A stretch of 64,000 nucleotides of DNA from Puniceicoccaceae bacterium (GCA_028285755.1 JANQOQ010000006.1:966160-1030159), one strand, 5' to 3'. Positions 27,113-37,073 are shown, counted from the stretch's first letter. The notes: generated by a model not told the origin, from the sequence alone. Translations and numbers: made by a program.

Positions 27113-28168
27113 CTATATGAGTTCCACCGGTTGATCCGACTCAGTGACTGCCCCGATTTGGCTCACACCAAAACCTGCCTGCTGAATGACATTGAGGCCC
27201 ATTTCAACCATCTCCGGTCTAATAAACCAGACCATGCCGATTCCCATATTAAAGGTGCGATACATCTCATCGCGCGACACATTACCAATTTTTTGTAACA
27301 ATTCGAATATTGGCTGCACGGGCCAGGAGCCCAACTTAATGCTTACACCCAGGCTCTCAGGAAGGGTGCGCGGGATATTATCCCAAAAGCCGCCACCGGT
27401 AATGTGCGCCATCCCCTGGATGGCGATGCCATTTTCCCTAACCGCTGAAAATGCCGGATAGTAGCTCACATGGGGAGCTAGTAGTGTATCTCCAATATTC
27501 TGCTCAAAGCCCTCTGGGGTCGAATCGAGTGAAAGATCAGCGACTTCGAGTATCAGCTTACGCGCGAGGCTATAACCATTCGTGTGCAACCCGCTCGAGT
27601 GCAGCCCGAGTGCTATATCTCCGGGCTGGATAGTTGCACCGGTGATCAGCTCGGATTTCTCAACCACACCGGTGATGCAGCCTGCAATGTCAATTTCACC
27701 GGGTTGGTAAGTCGGCGGCATCTCGGCCGTCTCTCCACCTACCAATGAGATTCCTGACTCGCGGCAGGCTTCTGACATCCCACGCACGATGCTCGCAACG
27801 ACATCAGGAGAAAGCTTCTGGCTGGCAACGTAATCGAGAAATGAGATCGGCTTCGCACCATGCACGAGAATATCGTCTGTGCAGTGGTTGACGATGTCCT
27901 TGCCGAGGCCTGCGTAATTTCCCGTCATGGAGGCCACAGTCACCTTTGTACCAACCCCGTCAATGCTCTGAATCATGATGGGTTCATCATAGTCAGTGAG
28001 GATCTGCTTCAAATTGATCATCGAACCAAAGCTCCCGATGTCGGCCATCACGTAGGGCTGAAAGGTCGATCGCACATCCGACTTTATGCGCTGGACGACT
28101 TCGTTGCCCGCATCGATATCGACCCCGGCATCCGCATAATTAAAAGTCTGGGTAGGTTTGGATTCCAT
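27113..28168 (-). CDS. purM: Phosphoribosylformylglycinamidine cyclo-ligase (AIR synthase)
   Basis: 'YADAGVDIDAGN', 'DGVGTK' and 'GGETAEMP' motifs. I prefer the ATG at 28168, 2 nt after the purL stop. Confidence 0.95.
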   Translation of the reverse strand: MESKPTQTFNYADAGVDIDAGNEVVQRIKSDVRSTFQPYVMADIGSFGSMINLKQILTDYDEPIMIQSIDGVGTKVTVASMTGNYAGLGKDIVNHCTDDILVHGAKPISFLDYVASQKLSPDVVASIVRGMSEACRESGISLVGGETAEMPPTYQPGEIDIAGCITGVVEKSELITGATIQPGDIALGLHSSGLHTNGYSLARKLILEVADLSLDSTPEGFEQNIGDTLLAPHVSYYPAFSAVRENGIAIQGMAHITGGGFWDNIPRTLPESLGVSIKLGSWPVQPIFELLQKIGNVSRDEMYRTFNMGIGMVWFIRPEMVEMGLNVIQQAGFGVSQIGAVTESDQPVELI

Positions 28169-28170
28169 TT

Positions 28171-30498
28171 TTAGGCCAATTCGTTTTCCCATTTGGATTT
28201 CAGCGTGTCCAATGATTTAATGGATATCCCCTGAATTTCGAAGTTACCCTTCGATACAGTTTCCCCGATCCGGCTAAATTGGACATGCTTTTGCTTGAGG
28301 TGATTTTCAACGAAGGCCTGATTTTCCTTGGCAACCTCGAGGATGAATCCCCAGTTCTCTGAAAACCATGCATGATCCTTTCTCACATAGTAATCCATCC
28401 AGACCTTGCACTCATAGTCACCCAGAAACGCCATCTGCGCAAGACAGGTCGAAATCCCACCAAGGCCTATCGATTTCGCTGCCAGCACCACCCCCTCATG
28501 GATAAGATCCACCAGTGCATTGGCGCTTTCACTAAATCGGTAAAAATCGAGCTCCGGTAACTGCCCGGCATCCTGCCCGATTACGGCATGATAAATACTC
28601 CCACCCAACGCAGGATCTATCGGCCCTAAGTGGTAGAGCAAAGACTTTTCACGCTTAAAACCGGGAGTCACGGCCTGATTTACATCCTCGATACGCCCCA
28701 CGCACCCGATTATCGGGCTCGGTGGGATGCTGCCATCGCGCGTTTCGTTATAGAGTGAAACATTACCGGCCACGACCGGCAACGGACTCTCGGGAAACGC
28801 CTTGAGCCGGATACCCCGGCACGCATCGGATATCGCACGGATCGCCTCCACAAATTCGCCCATCTGAGACGGCTTTTCGGGGTTCCCAAAGCACAGGCAA
28901 TCGGTAATCGCGATGGCGGTCGCCCCGGCTGATGCCTGCCTGGCAACGGCCTCTTTAACAGCCAGTGCTGCTCCCGTATAGGCATCTACCTTGCAGTAGT
29001 GCGGATTGTGAGCGAGGCTCACGCCCAGACCCACATTGCGAATTTCTTCCGGATACTCGTCCGACAAAAAGGGCTGCATTACCCCGGCGTCCGCCTTTCC
29101 GCGCTCAATGACCACCAGGCCCTGCACTTGCTTATCGTAGCGGTTATAGATCGAGTGCTTCGAGGCCACATCCGGATGCGTGATCACCTTTTCAAAGATC
29201 TCACGGATGGACTGCGGCTCCGCATAATCCAGCTTCTCGCGCGGCGGGCGCGTATAGTGGTGCTCGCGGTTGTAGATCAATCCCTGGGTGACATCCTCTG
29301 CCCGTGCATCCACGATTAGCTCCCCATGCGCACGCACCTGATATTGCCCATCGCCCCGGATTTTCCCGACTACACTGGCTCGCGCACCGTGCGAGACTTT
29401 GGGCAAGCCATATGTCTCGTTATAGTGCATCAAAATCGTATCTACCAGATCATCCGGCACCGCCCACATAAAGCGCTCCTGCGTCTCCGAGCACAGCTTA
29501 ACCGCATCCGGCAGATCGTCCATGCTTACGTGGACATCGTCCAGATCCACCTCAGCACCCAGGCCCGCAGCATCCGCCAGCTCCACACTCGCACAGGCGA
29601 TACCCCCTGCGCCCAAATCCTTAAAGCCGACCCGATCAATATTCCCTTCCGCTTTCAGCCTCGCAACCAAAGCATAGGTCGACTTCAGGATATGCCGCTC
29701 CAAAAACGCATTGGGCTCCTGCACGGCACCTTTGTTTTGCTCCTTTTTTTCCTCCTCGAGCTCGATCGAAGCAAAACTGGCCCCACCAAAACCACTGTTA
29801 TCCGTGGGTTTACCGATCAAGATGAGCTTGTAACCCTCTGACCCCTCGGGTGTAGCGGAGTGGATAATCGCATCATCCCGGATTATACCAAGCGTAAATA
29901 CCGTCACCAGACAGTTTTCGTTATATCCAGGATGATAATACACATCCCCACAAATATTGGGTATACCCAGTGGGTTGCCATAACCGGCAATCCCGGAGAC
30001 GGCACCCTCAGCCACCCATGCTGCTTTCGCGTTTTCACGCTCTCCAAATCGCAGCGAATCCCCGATCGCAATCACCTTGGCTCCCATGCAGCAGACGTCC
30101 CGCACATTGCCGCCCACTCCGGTCGCCGCCCCTTCATAGGGCACGATTTGTGAGGGGTGATTATGCGACTCATGGCTGAGCGCAACCCCGTAGCGATGAC
30201 CCGCATTATCCCTTGCCAGCTCCACAATACCCGCATCTTCCTTGGGCCCAAGTATAACATTGGGAGCATCCGTGGGAAATAGCTTTAAAAACGGGCGGCT
30301 ACTCTTGTATGAACAGTGTTCAGACCCCTGGATTGACCAGAGCACCAGCTCCGATATTGAGGCCGGACGCTCCAGAATTTCAAACTGGATTTTGCGGGCT
30401 TCCTCAACCGTGAGGGTAAGATTATACTGTTTTAGGGTATCCAGGATTTCGCTTTCGCGCATCCCTTCAAAATCGATACACTCCTGAGTGAACGTCAT
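28171..30498 (-). CDS. purL: Phosphoribosylformylglycinamidine synthase subunit PurL (small-type FGAM synthase II)
   Basis: 775 aa. 'SEHCSYKSS', 'ESHNHPS' and 'GVGGNVRD' are PurL motifs. First gene of the pur operon. Confidence 0.95.
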   Translation of the reverse strand: MTFTQECIDFEGMRESEILDTLKQYNLTLTVEEARKIQFEILERPASISELVLWSIQGSEHCSYKSSRPFLKLFPTDAPNVILGPKEDAGIVELARDNAGHRYGVALSHESHNHPSQIVPYEGAATGVGGNVRDVCCMGAKVIAIGDSLRFGERENAKAAWVAEGAVSGIAGYGNPLGIPNICGDVYYHPGYNENCLVTVFTLGIIRDDAIIHSATPEGSEGYKLILIGKPTDNSGFGGASFASIELEEEKKEQNKGAVQEPNAFLERHILKSTYALVARLKAEGNIDRVGFKDLGAGGIACASVELADAAGLGAEVDLDDVHVSMDDLPDAVKLCSETQERFMWAVPDDLVDTILMHYNETYGLPKVSHGARASVVGKIRGDGQYQVRAHGELIVDARAEDVTQGLIYNREHHYTRPPREKLDYAEPQSIREIFEKVITHPDVASKHSIYNRYDKQVQGLVVIERGKADAGVMQPFLSDEYPEEIRNVGLGVSLAHNPHYCKVDAYTGAALAVKEAVARQASAGATAIAITDCLCFGNPEKPSQMGEFVEAIRAISDACRGIRLKAFPESPLPVVAGNVSLYNETRDGSIPPSPIIGCVGRIEDVNQAVTPGFKREKSLLYHLGPIDPALGGSIYHAVIGQDAGQLPELDFYRFSESANALVDLIHEGVVLAAKSIGLGGISTCLAQMAFLGDYECKVWMDYYVRKDHAWFSENWGFILEVAKENQAFVENHLKQKHVQFSRIGETVSKGNFEIQGISIKSLDTLKSKWENELA

Positions 30499-30648
30499 TA
30501 CATGCTTATTCCAAAAAACGCTCCCGTGAGTCGAGAATAAATTACAACAATCTTCCTGTTACTACTAAATGCAACATTTTCAGCTTGAACATCCCCGGCA
30601 CAATCTACGAATTACGAATACACTTAAGCCCCGGCTGTTATTGATATT

Positions 30649-31740
30649 ATGGATTTTAGTGATCAAACCTTGCTCAGGCATTTGCTGCTCATCGCGGGCG
30701 TCCAGGGTTTGGTATTGGCAGGTATTATTCTTTGCATTAAACCACGCATCCTCCCAAACCGCTATCTCGGAGCTTTCTTCTTACTGTTTTCATTGGGCTG
30801 CCTGGAAGCTTCGGTAGAATGGCTCTTTTACCCAAAAACCGACGAAGAGTTGCCGTTTCCACTGGCCATGCCGCTGGCTTATCTACCGGTTCTCTTCCTT
30901 CACTTTAAATCTTTTATCAACCCCGCTCAAAAAAGAAATCTGCTAAATACAATTCCGTATTTCCTGCCCTCATTCTTTTTGGACTTTCTCAGCTTCTACC
31001 TAATTGATTTTCCAGGCAATACAACGGGCTTTGCTGTAATCAGCAATCCTTCCTATATACGAACTTTTGAAGCGATCTACAGCCTGATCTTCATTGCGCA
31101 CACCATTATTTATGCGCTCATGATCTTTAGTTTCTGGAAAAGGAATACCGAAGACGATTTACGAGTCAGTCAGGAGTATCACCGTTGGTTTCGAATCCTG
31201 ATGACCCCTGTTACGGTTTTCTGGTTAAGCTGGGTTCTGGTCATCTTCGTAGGCAAATCCAATAACTTTGGCTGGATGATGTCTTATCTCGTCCATACAT
31301 CATCCATCATAATGATTTATAGCGTCGGTTATACTTTTATCCTTCGTTTTCGATATACATTTGCACAAAAGCGAAAGCCTCAGAATCTGACCAGCCAAAC
31401 GCAGATGCATACGCTCATGAATGCCTTTCGCGAGCAATCGATTCACCGCATAAGAGGCATCACACTCAACGTAGCCGCCAAAGAGCTTGGCTGTACCGAA
31501 ACTGAACTTTCAAACGGTATCAATCATTGCGCAGGGGTCAATTTCAACGAATTCATCAACCAGCTTAGAGTAGAAGACTTTAAGAAATGTGTGCATAACC
31601 CGGGGTTCCGCCGGCTCTCGCTTTATGGAATCGCCCAGGAAGTCGGCTTCTCTTCGAAAACCTCCTTCTACCGTGCTTTTAAGAGGATCTCCGGTCTAAC
31701 CCCTAAGGAGTATCTCGATCTGCAAGAACATAAGGTATGA
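30649..31740 (+). CDS. Membrane-associated AraC-family transcriptional regulator
   Basis: The N-terminal ~240 aa are polytopic and hydrophobic. The C-terminal HTH_AraC reads 'IAQEVGFSSKTSFYRAFKRISGLTPKEY'. Confidence 0.8.
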   Translation: MDFSDQTLLRHLLLIAGVQGLVLAGIILCIKPRILPNRYLGAFFLLFSLGCLEASVEWLFYPKTDEELPFPLAMPLAYLPVLFLHFKSFINPAQKRNLLNTIPYFLPSFFLDFLSFYLIDFPGNTTGFAVISNPSYIRTFEAIYSLIFIAHTIIYALMIFSFWKRNTEDDLRVSQEYHRWFRILMTPVTVFWLSWVLVIFVGKSNNFGWMMSYLVHTSSIIMIYSVGYTFILRFRYTFAQKRKPQNLTSQTQMHTLMNAFREQSIHRIRGITLNVAAKELGCTETELSNGINHCAGVNFNEFINQLRVEDFKKCVHNPGFRRLSLYGIAQEVGFSSKTSFYRAFKRISGLTPKEYLDLQEHKV

Positions 31741-31834
31741 AAAGAGTCCCAAATGGTAATCTGAAACCGCTGTAGGCTTCCTGATCTCTCATTACGCCCC
31801 TTATTGTGGTGGTAGAACGTCAATCAACCACATT

Positions 31835-33004
31835 ATGATCATGAAATCAGACTATCCCATACCGGTTCAGGAAAGATTCGAGCTCCTGGATGTAATACGC
31901 GGTTTTGCTCTTCTCGGCATATACATTTCCATAATATCCGGGTTTAACTCATCGCTCCAATATGGCAGTGTTCTTTATACTCCCCATCATGGGCTCGATC
32001 AGTTCATAGGCTCTCTTGAAACCCTCTTTATATCCAAACGCTTCATAGGGATTTTTTCTCTGCTCTTCGGGATAGGAATTGCGATCCAGCAACAAAAATT
32101 TCGCAGTAAAAATGCCTCATTCACACCCTATTTCCTGAGGAGAATGTTTGTTCTGGCTGTCTTTGGCCTTATCAATACTACCCTATTCTGGTGGGGGGAA
32201 ATCCTCCTGGTTTACGCTATTTTTGGCGTTCTTATGCTATTGCTATCACGCCTGAATACCAAAATCCTATTATTACTGGCTTTCATTCTGTTCACAATCG
32301 TACCCCAACTGTTTGAATACGCCGTTCGCGACAACCTCATTCAGATGCTCATACCCACGTTTGCAGAATTCCCGGCTGAGCGTGTTAGAAGTCTTTACAC
32401 CAGCGGGCCCATTCACGAAATAATCCAGCTGCGCTGGCGGGAGTATATTGCGATTTATACTGATAACAATTTCCACTTGGGAGCCTCAATCGCATTGATG
32501 ATCTGCGGCTATATTATTGGAGCCAAAGGCCTACATAAGTATTTTCTCGAGAATCTCCCCAAAACCCAAAAAATATTCAAAGCAGCACTATTGATCACGA
32601 TTGGCTACGCCATTTACGGGCTAATATCTGGAAATACTTTCCCCTTTTTCTTCGATACTCCGGTAGTATTCCTGGCATTCTTGATTTTCCTGCCCGCCTC
32701 CATGTTTGTTTACATTTACGCTCTGACCGCTGCGTATGCAAATAAGCCCAATTGGCTCCTTAGACAATTTGCCCGTAATGGACGGCTTGCCCTCACAGGC
32801 TACATGGGAGGGGCCTGTGTGTTCTCTCTGATTTTTTATTACCCGGGTTTAGCGCTCTACCTGAAATATGGAACTACCATCCAAGTGCTGATTGCCATAC
32901 TCACCTATGTAGGGTTTTCAATATTTAGCACTTTTTGGTTAAGAAAATTCCGCTATGGCCCTCTGGAGTGGCTCTACCGGCGCCTATCCTACGGCAAAAT
33001 ATAG
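31835..33004 (+). CDS. DUF418/YeiB-like polytopic membrane protein
   Basis: 'RFELLDVIRGFALLGI' N-terminus and the C-terminal 'GPLEWLYRRLSYG' signature of the family. Confidence 0.75.
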   Translation: MIMKSDYPIPVQERFELLDVIRGFALLGIYISIISGFNSSLQYGSVLYTPHHGLDQFIGSLETLFISKRFIGIFSLLFGIGIAIQQQKFRSKNASFTPYFLRRMFVLAVFGLINTTLFWWGEILLVYAIFGVLMLLLSRLNTKILLLLAFILFTIVPQLFEYAVRDNLIQMLIPTFAEFPAERVRSLYTSGPIHEIIQLRWREYIAIYTDNNFHLGASIALMICGYIIGAKGLHKYFLENLPKTQKIFKAALLITIGYAIYGLISGNTFPFFFDTPVVFLAFLIFLPASMFVYIYALTAAYANKPNWLLRQFARNGRLALTGYMGGACVFSLIFYYPGLALYLKYGTTIQVLIAILTYVGFSIFSTFWLRKFRYGPLEWLYRRLSYGKI

Positions 33005-33038
33005 CACAGAGACTCTTGAGTAAGGGCGGATCTTCAGA

Positions 33039-34088
33039 TCAGTTCAAAACGATCGGCATCGTGACCGTGGTCTCGACCGGCCTGCCACGCTCCAACGCCG
33101 GGAAAAACTGCCATTCGATTGCCAGATTCTCAAGAGCCTGCTTGGTGCTATCCGAAAACTCAGTGAGCACCTTGGGTGACATTACCAGACCTTTCGAATT
33201 AATCGTAAACTGGATTTCATAGTCGGTAATATCCGGTAGCGCTCTACACGCATCATCCACATACACATTAAAGGGACGTGCCTGGGAATCCGCACCCTGG
33301 TTCTGTTCAAAATGACGCTCCAAATAACGGGGAAAGAGCTTCCGGAGAGTTACGGGATTGCGGGGATTGGTCATGTAAACGAGGTTTTGCATGTCGCGCA
33401 TCACAGAGTGTGCCCCGATATACTCCTCGCCTGAATGGGAGCTATGCAGGAGATTGCCGTCCCGATCCAGGATAACCATGCCCGGGTAGCTACGTGGCAG
33501 ATAATCTCTTATGATACGCGTCCTTCCCTCGATACCAAATTTCAGGCCCGGCCAATCCATGCCAAAATCGTCCATGTAACGCTTCATTTCACGACCGGAA
33601 CGATCCGAGCTCACAAATACCACCTCAAAATTGTCCACATGAAATCTTTTAAACTCGTTATACCACGGCACAAACGCTCTTAAAAAACTTTTGCAGGGGC
33701 CACACCACTCCGCACCGAAATACAATACATAGAATTCCGGCTCATCAATATCCCCGTATTCAAACTTCACATCTTTCTCATCAACCCGCTTAAACAATCT
33801 ACCCTTCAATGCTTTCGCCATTGGTGATTCAGATTCCGACCAAGCCTGGGCCTGAGGCATCTCCTCTATAAACTGCTTTACCTTTACCTGATTCTCTTCC
33901 GTCAACAATCCGATATGAGTGTTGTAATACATTTTATTTTTACCCTCAAAATAGGCAGTCGAGCCTATGACATTGATGAGCTTGCCCTCAAACTGGCCAT
34001 AATAGTCAGTTTTCCAGAGTTCCCATTCCTCGGAATGTAGATTTGTGGAAGCTAAACAGAGGATTAAAAGAGGAAGAACGTATTTCAT
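33039..34088 (-). CDS. Secreted SHD1-like / thioredoxin-fold (TlpA-nucleoredoxin type) / TonB-C-like fusion protein
   Basis: Signal peptide, an SHD1-like segment 'WELWKTDYYGQFEGKLINV...LLTEENQVKVKQFI', a redox motif 'AEWCGPCKSF', and a C-terminal 'WQFFPALERGRPVETTVTMPIVL' resembling TonB_C. Confidence 0.65.
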   Translation of the reverse strand: MKYVLPLLILCLASTNLHSEEWELWKTDYYGQFEGKLINVIGSTAYFEGKNKMYYNTHIGLLTEENQVKVKQFIEEMPQAQAWSESESPMAKALKGRLFKRVDEKDVKFEYGDIDEPEFYVLYFGAEWCGPCKSFLRAFVPWYNEFKRFHVDNFEVVFVSSDRSGREMKRYMDDFGMDWPGLKFGIEGRTRIIRDYLPRSYPGMVILDRDGNLLHSSHSGEEYIGAHSVMRDMQNLVYMTNPRNPVTLRKLFPRYLERHFEQNQGADSQARPFNVYVDDACRALPDITDYEIQFTINSKGLVMSPKVLTEFSDSTKQALENLAIEWQFFPALERGRPVETTVTMPIVLN

Positions 34089-34164
34089 GAATGAAATTAA
34101 AGAATCTTAGCGCAAAGAATTCAATTCAATTTACATTTCTACAATTTTCCACTGGCATCCTTTT

Positions 34165-34842
34165 ATGCACCCGTATCGATTAATTCTGTTTATTACCCTG
34201 GTGACCCTATCCTTTAACCTATTCGCACAGGATGGCGAATATGGAGATCCCACCCGCTTCGAAGAGGCTATTTTGGCTTTTGAAGCTGCGGATACCGAAG
34301 AATTTCCAGAGCCTGGAGGCATTGTCGCCATTGGCAGCTCCAGCATACGTATGTGGAAGACTATCCATGAAGACCTGGCTCCACATACAATCATCCACCG
34401 AGGCTTTGGCGGTAGTAATATGAATGACGCGCTGCATTACCTCGATCGTATCGTTCTCCCCTACAAACCGAAAGCCATCATGCTCTATGAGGGTGATAAC
34501 GATATTGGGCAGGGAATCGCCCCTTACAAGATTGCGGATAAATTCCGAGAGCTCACAAAAAAGCTCCACAAAGCTCTACCCGAGTGTGGTGTTTACTTCA
34601 TAGCCATTAAACCCAGTGTCAGAAGAGCGGAAATGCTTGCGGACATGGCACTGGCGAATGCGCTGATCCGTAATCAGATCGATGCAGATGATCGCATGCA
34701 TTATCTGGATATTTTCACCCCTATGCTAAATGAAAAGGCAGAGCCGGAACCCAGCATCTTCATTGAAGATATGCTCCACATGAATGAAGCAGGCTATGCG
34801 ATTTGGAAAGATGTGATTGCTCCTTTCCTAAATAAACAATGA
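34165..34842 (+). CDS. SGNH/GDSL-family hydrolase (secreted)
   Basis: Block I 'VAIGSSSI', block II 'RGFGGS', block III 'YEGDND', and block V 'DMLHMNEAGY'. Confidence 0.8.
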   Translation: MHPYRLILFITLVTLSFNLFAQDGEYGDPTRFEEAILAFEAADTEEFPEPGGIVAIGSSSIRMWKTIHEDLAPHTIIHRGFGGSNMNDALHYLDRIVLPYKPKAIMLYEGDNDIGQGIAPYKIADKFRELTKKLHKALPECGVYFIAIKPSVRRAEMLADMALANALIRNQIDADDRMHYLDIFTPMLNEKAEPEPSIFIEDMLHMNEAGYAIWKDVIAPFLNKQ

Positions 34843-35072
34843 AATGCACACAATACTTTCTACACACTATTGAACGACCCGATAGGAAACAGATCAAGAC
34901 AGAGTGGATAATGATGGCTTTAGAAAAACCAATTCACCAGAAAATCCAAACTGATGGTCGGTTTCAAAAATGGATATGGGTCGAAGAAGTCCAAAAGTAT
35001 TTGCGTGTTATCACATTAACAGATGGGGAGACAGTGCATAACGCATTCTTTGACAGGAACTTTAAGATTTAG
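34839..35072 (+). CDS. Small DUF4258-like protein (putative toxin of a type II TA pair)
   Basis: 77 aa. 'FLHTIERPDRKQI' resembles the H-x2-ER-x2-R-I motif of DUF4258, and 'YLRVITLTDGETVHNAFFDR' resembles its C-terminal strand. The start overlaps the upstream stop (ATGA). Confidence 0.45.
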   Translation: MKCTQYFLHTIERPDRKQIKTEWIMMALEKPIHQKIQTDGRFQKWIWVEEVQKYLRVITLTDGETVHNAFFDRNFKI

Positions 35073-35084
35073 TATATTATAAAA

Positions 35085-35291
35085 ATGAAAATAAAGTATT
35101 TCGAAGATACGGATACGGCGCTAATTGAATTCACAACCAATGAAGTTAAGGAAACGAATGAGGTTTCGGAATTCGTGTTTGCAGATTTAGACAGCGAAGG
35201 AAATATTGTATCATTGACCATAGAACACGCTGCAAAAAAAGCGAACATACTCGATTTTGCATTCGAGCGGGCTAAGCAGATCAGTGCCTAA
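35085..35291 (+). CDS. DUF2283-family small protein (putative antitoxin partner)
   Basis: 68 aa. 'MKIKYFEDTDTALIEF...DLDSEGNIVSLTIEHA' follows the DUF2283 pattern. Confidence 0.6.
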   Translation: MKIKYFEDTDTALIEFTTNEVKETNEVSEFVFADLDSEGNIVSLTIEHAAKKANILDFAFERAKQISA

Positions 35292-36706
35292 CCTTTCAGT
35301 ATGTGGTAGTTTACGATCGAAATACCACTAAGCATCGCACCCACGATTCCAAGGAACCCCTGGTCAGTACCACATAGGTAAAGGTTTTTGTAGGCGGTTG
35401 AGCCATCCTTGATCTTCTTGGGTGCTCCGTAGACCGCACCCTGATAGTGACCGGTGTATCGGGTAATTGTGGTAGGCGAGAACATATCCCGGTATTCGAT
35501 CGATTCAGTAAGAGCTTCCAAATCCACCCCCGGAGTCATGCGAACAGCAGTCTCCATAAGCCTTTCAAAACCAACTTCCTTGGCCTGTTTGTAATCCGCA
35601 TCAGGTAAGGCTTTCCAGAGATCGTAGTTTGCCTGAGACGTCACTCGCAGGATGCCATTCTTCAAATCCTGACCATCCGCATAATCATAATTATTCGGCA
35701 CACAGATAACCCCACTGCGATAGTCGATCAAATCATCGGGTCTGCGGTAATCAAATCGATCACTATCATTGAAAAACACAATTGTATCTTCAAAGCCCAG
35801 CTCGCGGGGATTCTGTTTTGTCACGGCAATCGCCTCCGTGAAGGAAAGCTGCCCCACCCGTTTATCATGGGAATTCTCAGGGAATCCTTCCACTAAATGC
35901 TCCGTCTCTACAGCACCAATCGTGGATACCACGTGCTTTGCCTGAATCACCGATCCATCATCCAATTCGATGCTGGAGATACCACCACCCGCTGAAACTA
36001 GGGATGTCACTCCCAGCCCCATGCGGCGCTCCACCCCAACTTCTTTAACCCGCTTGAGCAATACCTTGATGATTTTGCGCACACCTTCGAAAGGCCGGGC
36101 AAAGCCTTCCAGGAAGATCGCCTGGAAAAGCACCACAAATTGCCCAAAATCCATATCCTCCTCACGCGCACTGCCGTAATACATCAACGGGCACATCAGC
36201 ATTTCAATGAGTAAAGGATCCTTGAGATGCTTAGCTATTTCCTCACGCGCCGAGCTCGAATCCGGATCCAAGTTCACCGCATGGTAATCCCTCACAAATT
36301 GCACAAATCGATCAAACCGTTCCTTCTCTGCCGGAAATGCCTGCACCACCTCAGTGCGGAAATACTCAAACTCATTGGTAAAACCCAGCTCTAACCCCGG
36401 AAACCGAATACAGGAGCGAAGCTGCGGCGACAAGTCGAAGGCATCCCGCGGAATGCGTAGCTGGCGAAAAATCTTTCCCAAAGGAGTTCCACGCACTCCC
36501 TCCGGCACATAATTGGTAAGCGCGTGCAGTCCCACATCAAACGAATAGCCGTCCAGGCGATAGAAACTATTCAGACCGCCCGGCGCGGTATGACGTTCCA
36601 GCAGCAACACCGAGTGCCCATACATTCCCAGGCGTATGGCCGCCGCCATGCCGGACATCCCGGCACCAATAATCACTACATCGTAACTGTCCTGACTAAC
36701 ACTCAA
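35288..36706 (-). CDS. FAD/NAD(P)-dependent oxidoreductase, phytoene-desaturase (CrtI/amine-oxidase) superfamily
   Basis: Dinucleotide fold 'YDVVIIGAGMSGMAAAIRL...LLLERHTAPGG' and a C-terminal 'LYLCGTDQGFLGIVGAMLSG'. Confidence 0.8.
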   Translation of the reverse strand: MSVSQDSYDVVIIGAGMSGMAAAIRLGMYGHSVLLLERHTAPGGLNSFYRLDGYSFDVGLHALTNYVPEGVRGTPLGKIFRQLRIPRDAFDLSPQLRSCIRFPGLELGFTNEFEYFRTEVVQAFPAEKERFDRFVQFVRDYHAVNLDPDSSSAREEIAKHLKDPLLIEMLMCPLMYYGSAREEDMDFGQFVVLFQAIFLEGFARPFEGVRKIIKVLLKRVKEVGVERRMGLGVTSLVSAGGGISSIELDDGSVIQAKHVVSTIGAVETEHLVEGFPENSHDKRVGQLSFTEAIAVTKQNPRELGFEDTIVFFNDSDRFDYRRPDDLIDYRSGVICVPNNYDYADGQDLKNGILRVTSQANYDLWKALPDADYKQAKEVGFERLMETAVRMTPGVDLEALTESIEYRDMFSPTTITRYTGHYQGAVYGAPKKIKDGSTAYKNLYLCGTDQGFLGIVGAMLSGISIVNYHILKG

Positions 36707-36724
36707 AATAAGTAGGCTCTTAAA

Positions 36725-36762
36725 TATAAAAAAATCTCACTTCGATATGAAGTGAGATTTTC
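36725..36762 (-). terminator. Strong hairpin terminator between the ACP gene and the oxidoreductase gene
   Basis: AATCTCACTTC (36733-36743) pairs perfectly with GAAGTGAGATT (49-59), with a GATAT loop. It is flanked by an A-run upstream and a T-run downstream, so it could act on both strands. On the minus strand TTTTTTT follows. Confidence 0.75.
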
Positions 36763-36784
36763 AGAAAAATTCAAACCTCTGTGC

Positions 36785-37042
36785 TTATGCTGCCTGGGTT
36801 TTAAACTTGGGAGTCAGATAAGCAGCGCAGCTATCCAATGAAGCAAGCTCCGGATAATCTGCTTCAGGCACCTCAATACCATGTTGTTTGCGTAGCTCCA
36901 TGACGATGTCCAGAAAGTCCATCGAGTCGAGATCGAGCTGATCCCGCAAGCGAACATCCGGCTTTACATCGCTCAAATCTTCATCCGGAGCAATCTCAGC
37001 AATAATTTCGAGAATAATATCTTTAACTTGGTCTTCGGTCAT
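36785..37042 (-). CDS. Acyl carrier protein
   Basis: 85 aa and acidic, with the phosphopantetheine site 'LDLDSMDFLD'. Confidence 0.85.
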   Translation of the reverse strand: MTEDQVKDIILEIIAEIAPDEDLSDVKPDVRLRDQLDLDSMDFLDIVMELRKQHGIEVPEADYPELASLDSCAAYLTPKFKTQAA

Positions 37043-37073
37043 CGTAACTAATTTTCAACAATGCGGCCCGCGA

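Noticed and set aside
30499-30648. Purine or ZTP (pfl) riboswitch upstream of the purL operon
   Set aside because: I read the minus-strand leader and found no purine-riboswitch core (conserved junction around a three-way helix) and no ZTP 'CCGCCUGGG'-type pseudoknot element. Only the direct repeats reported as a finding were present.
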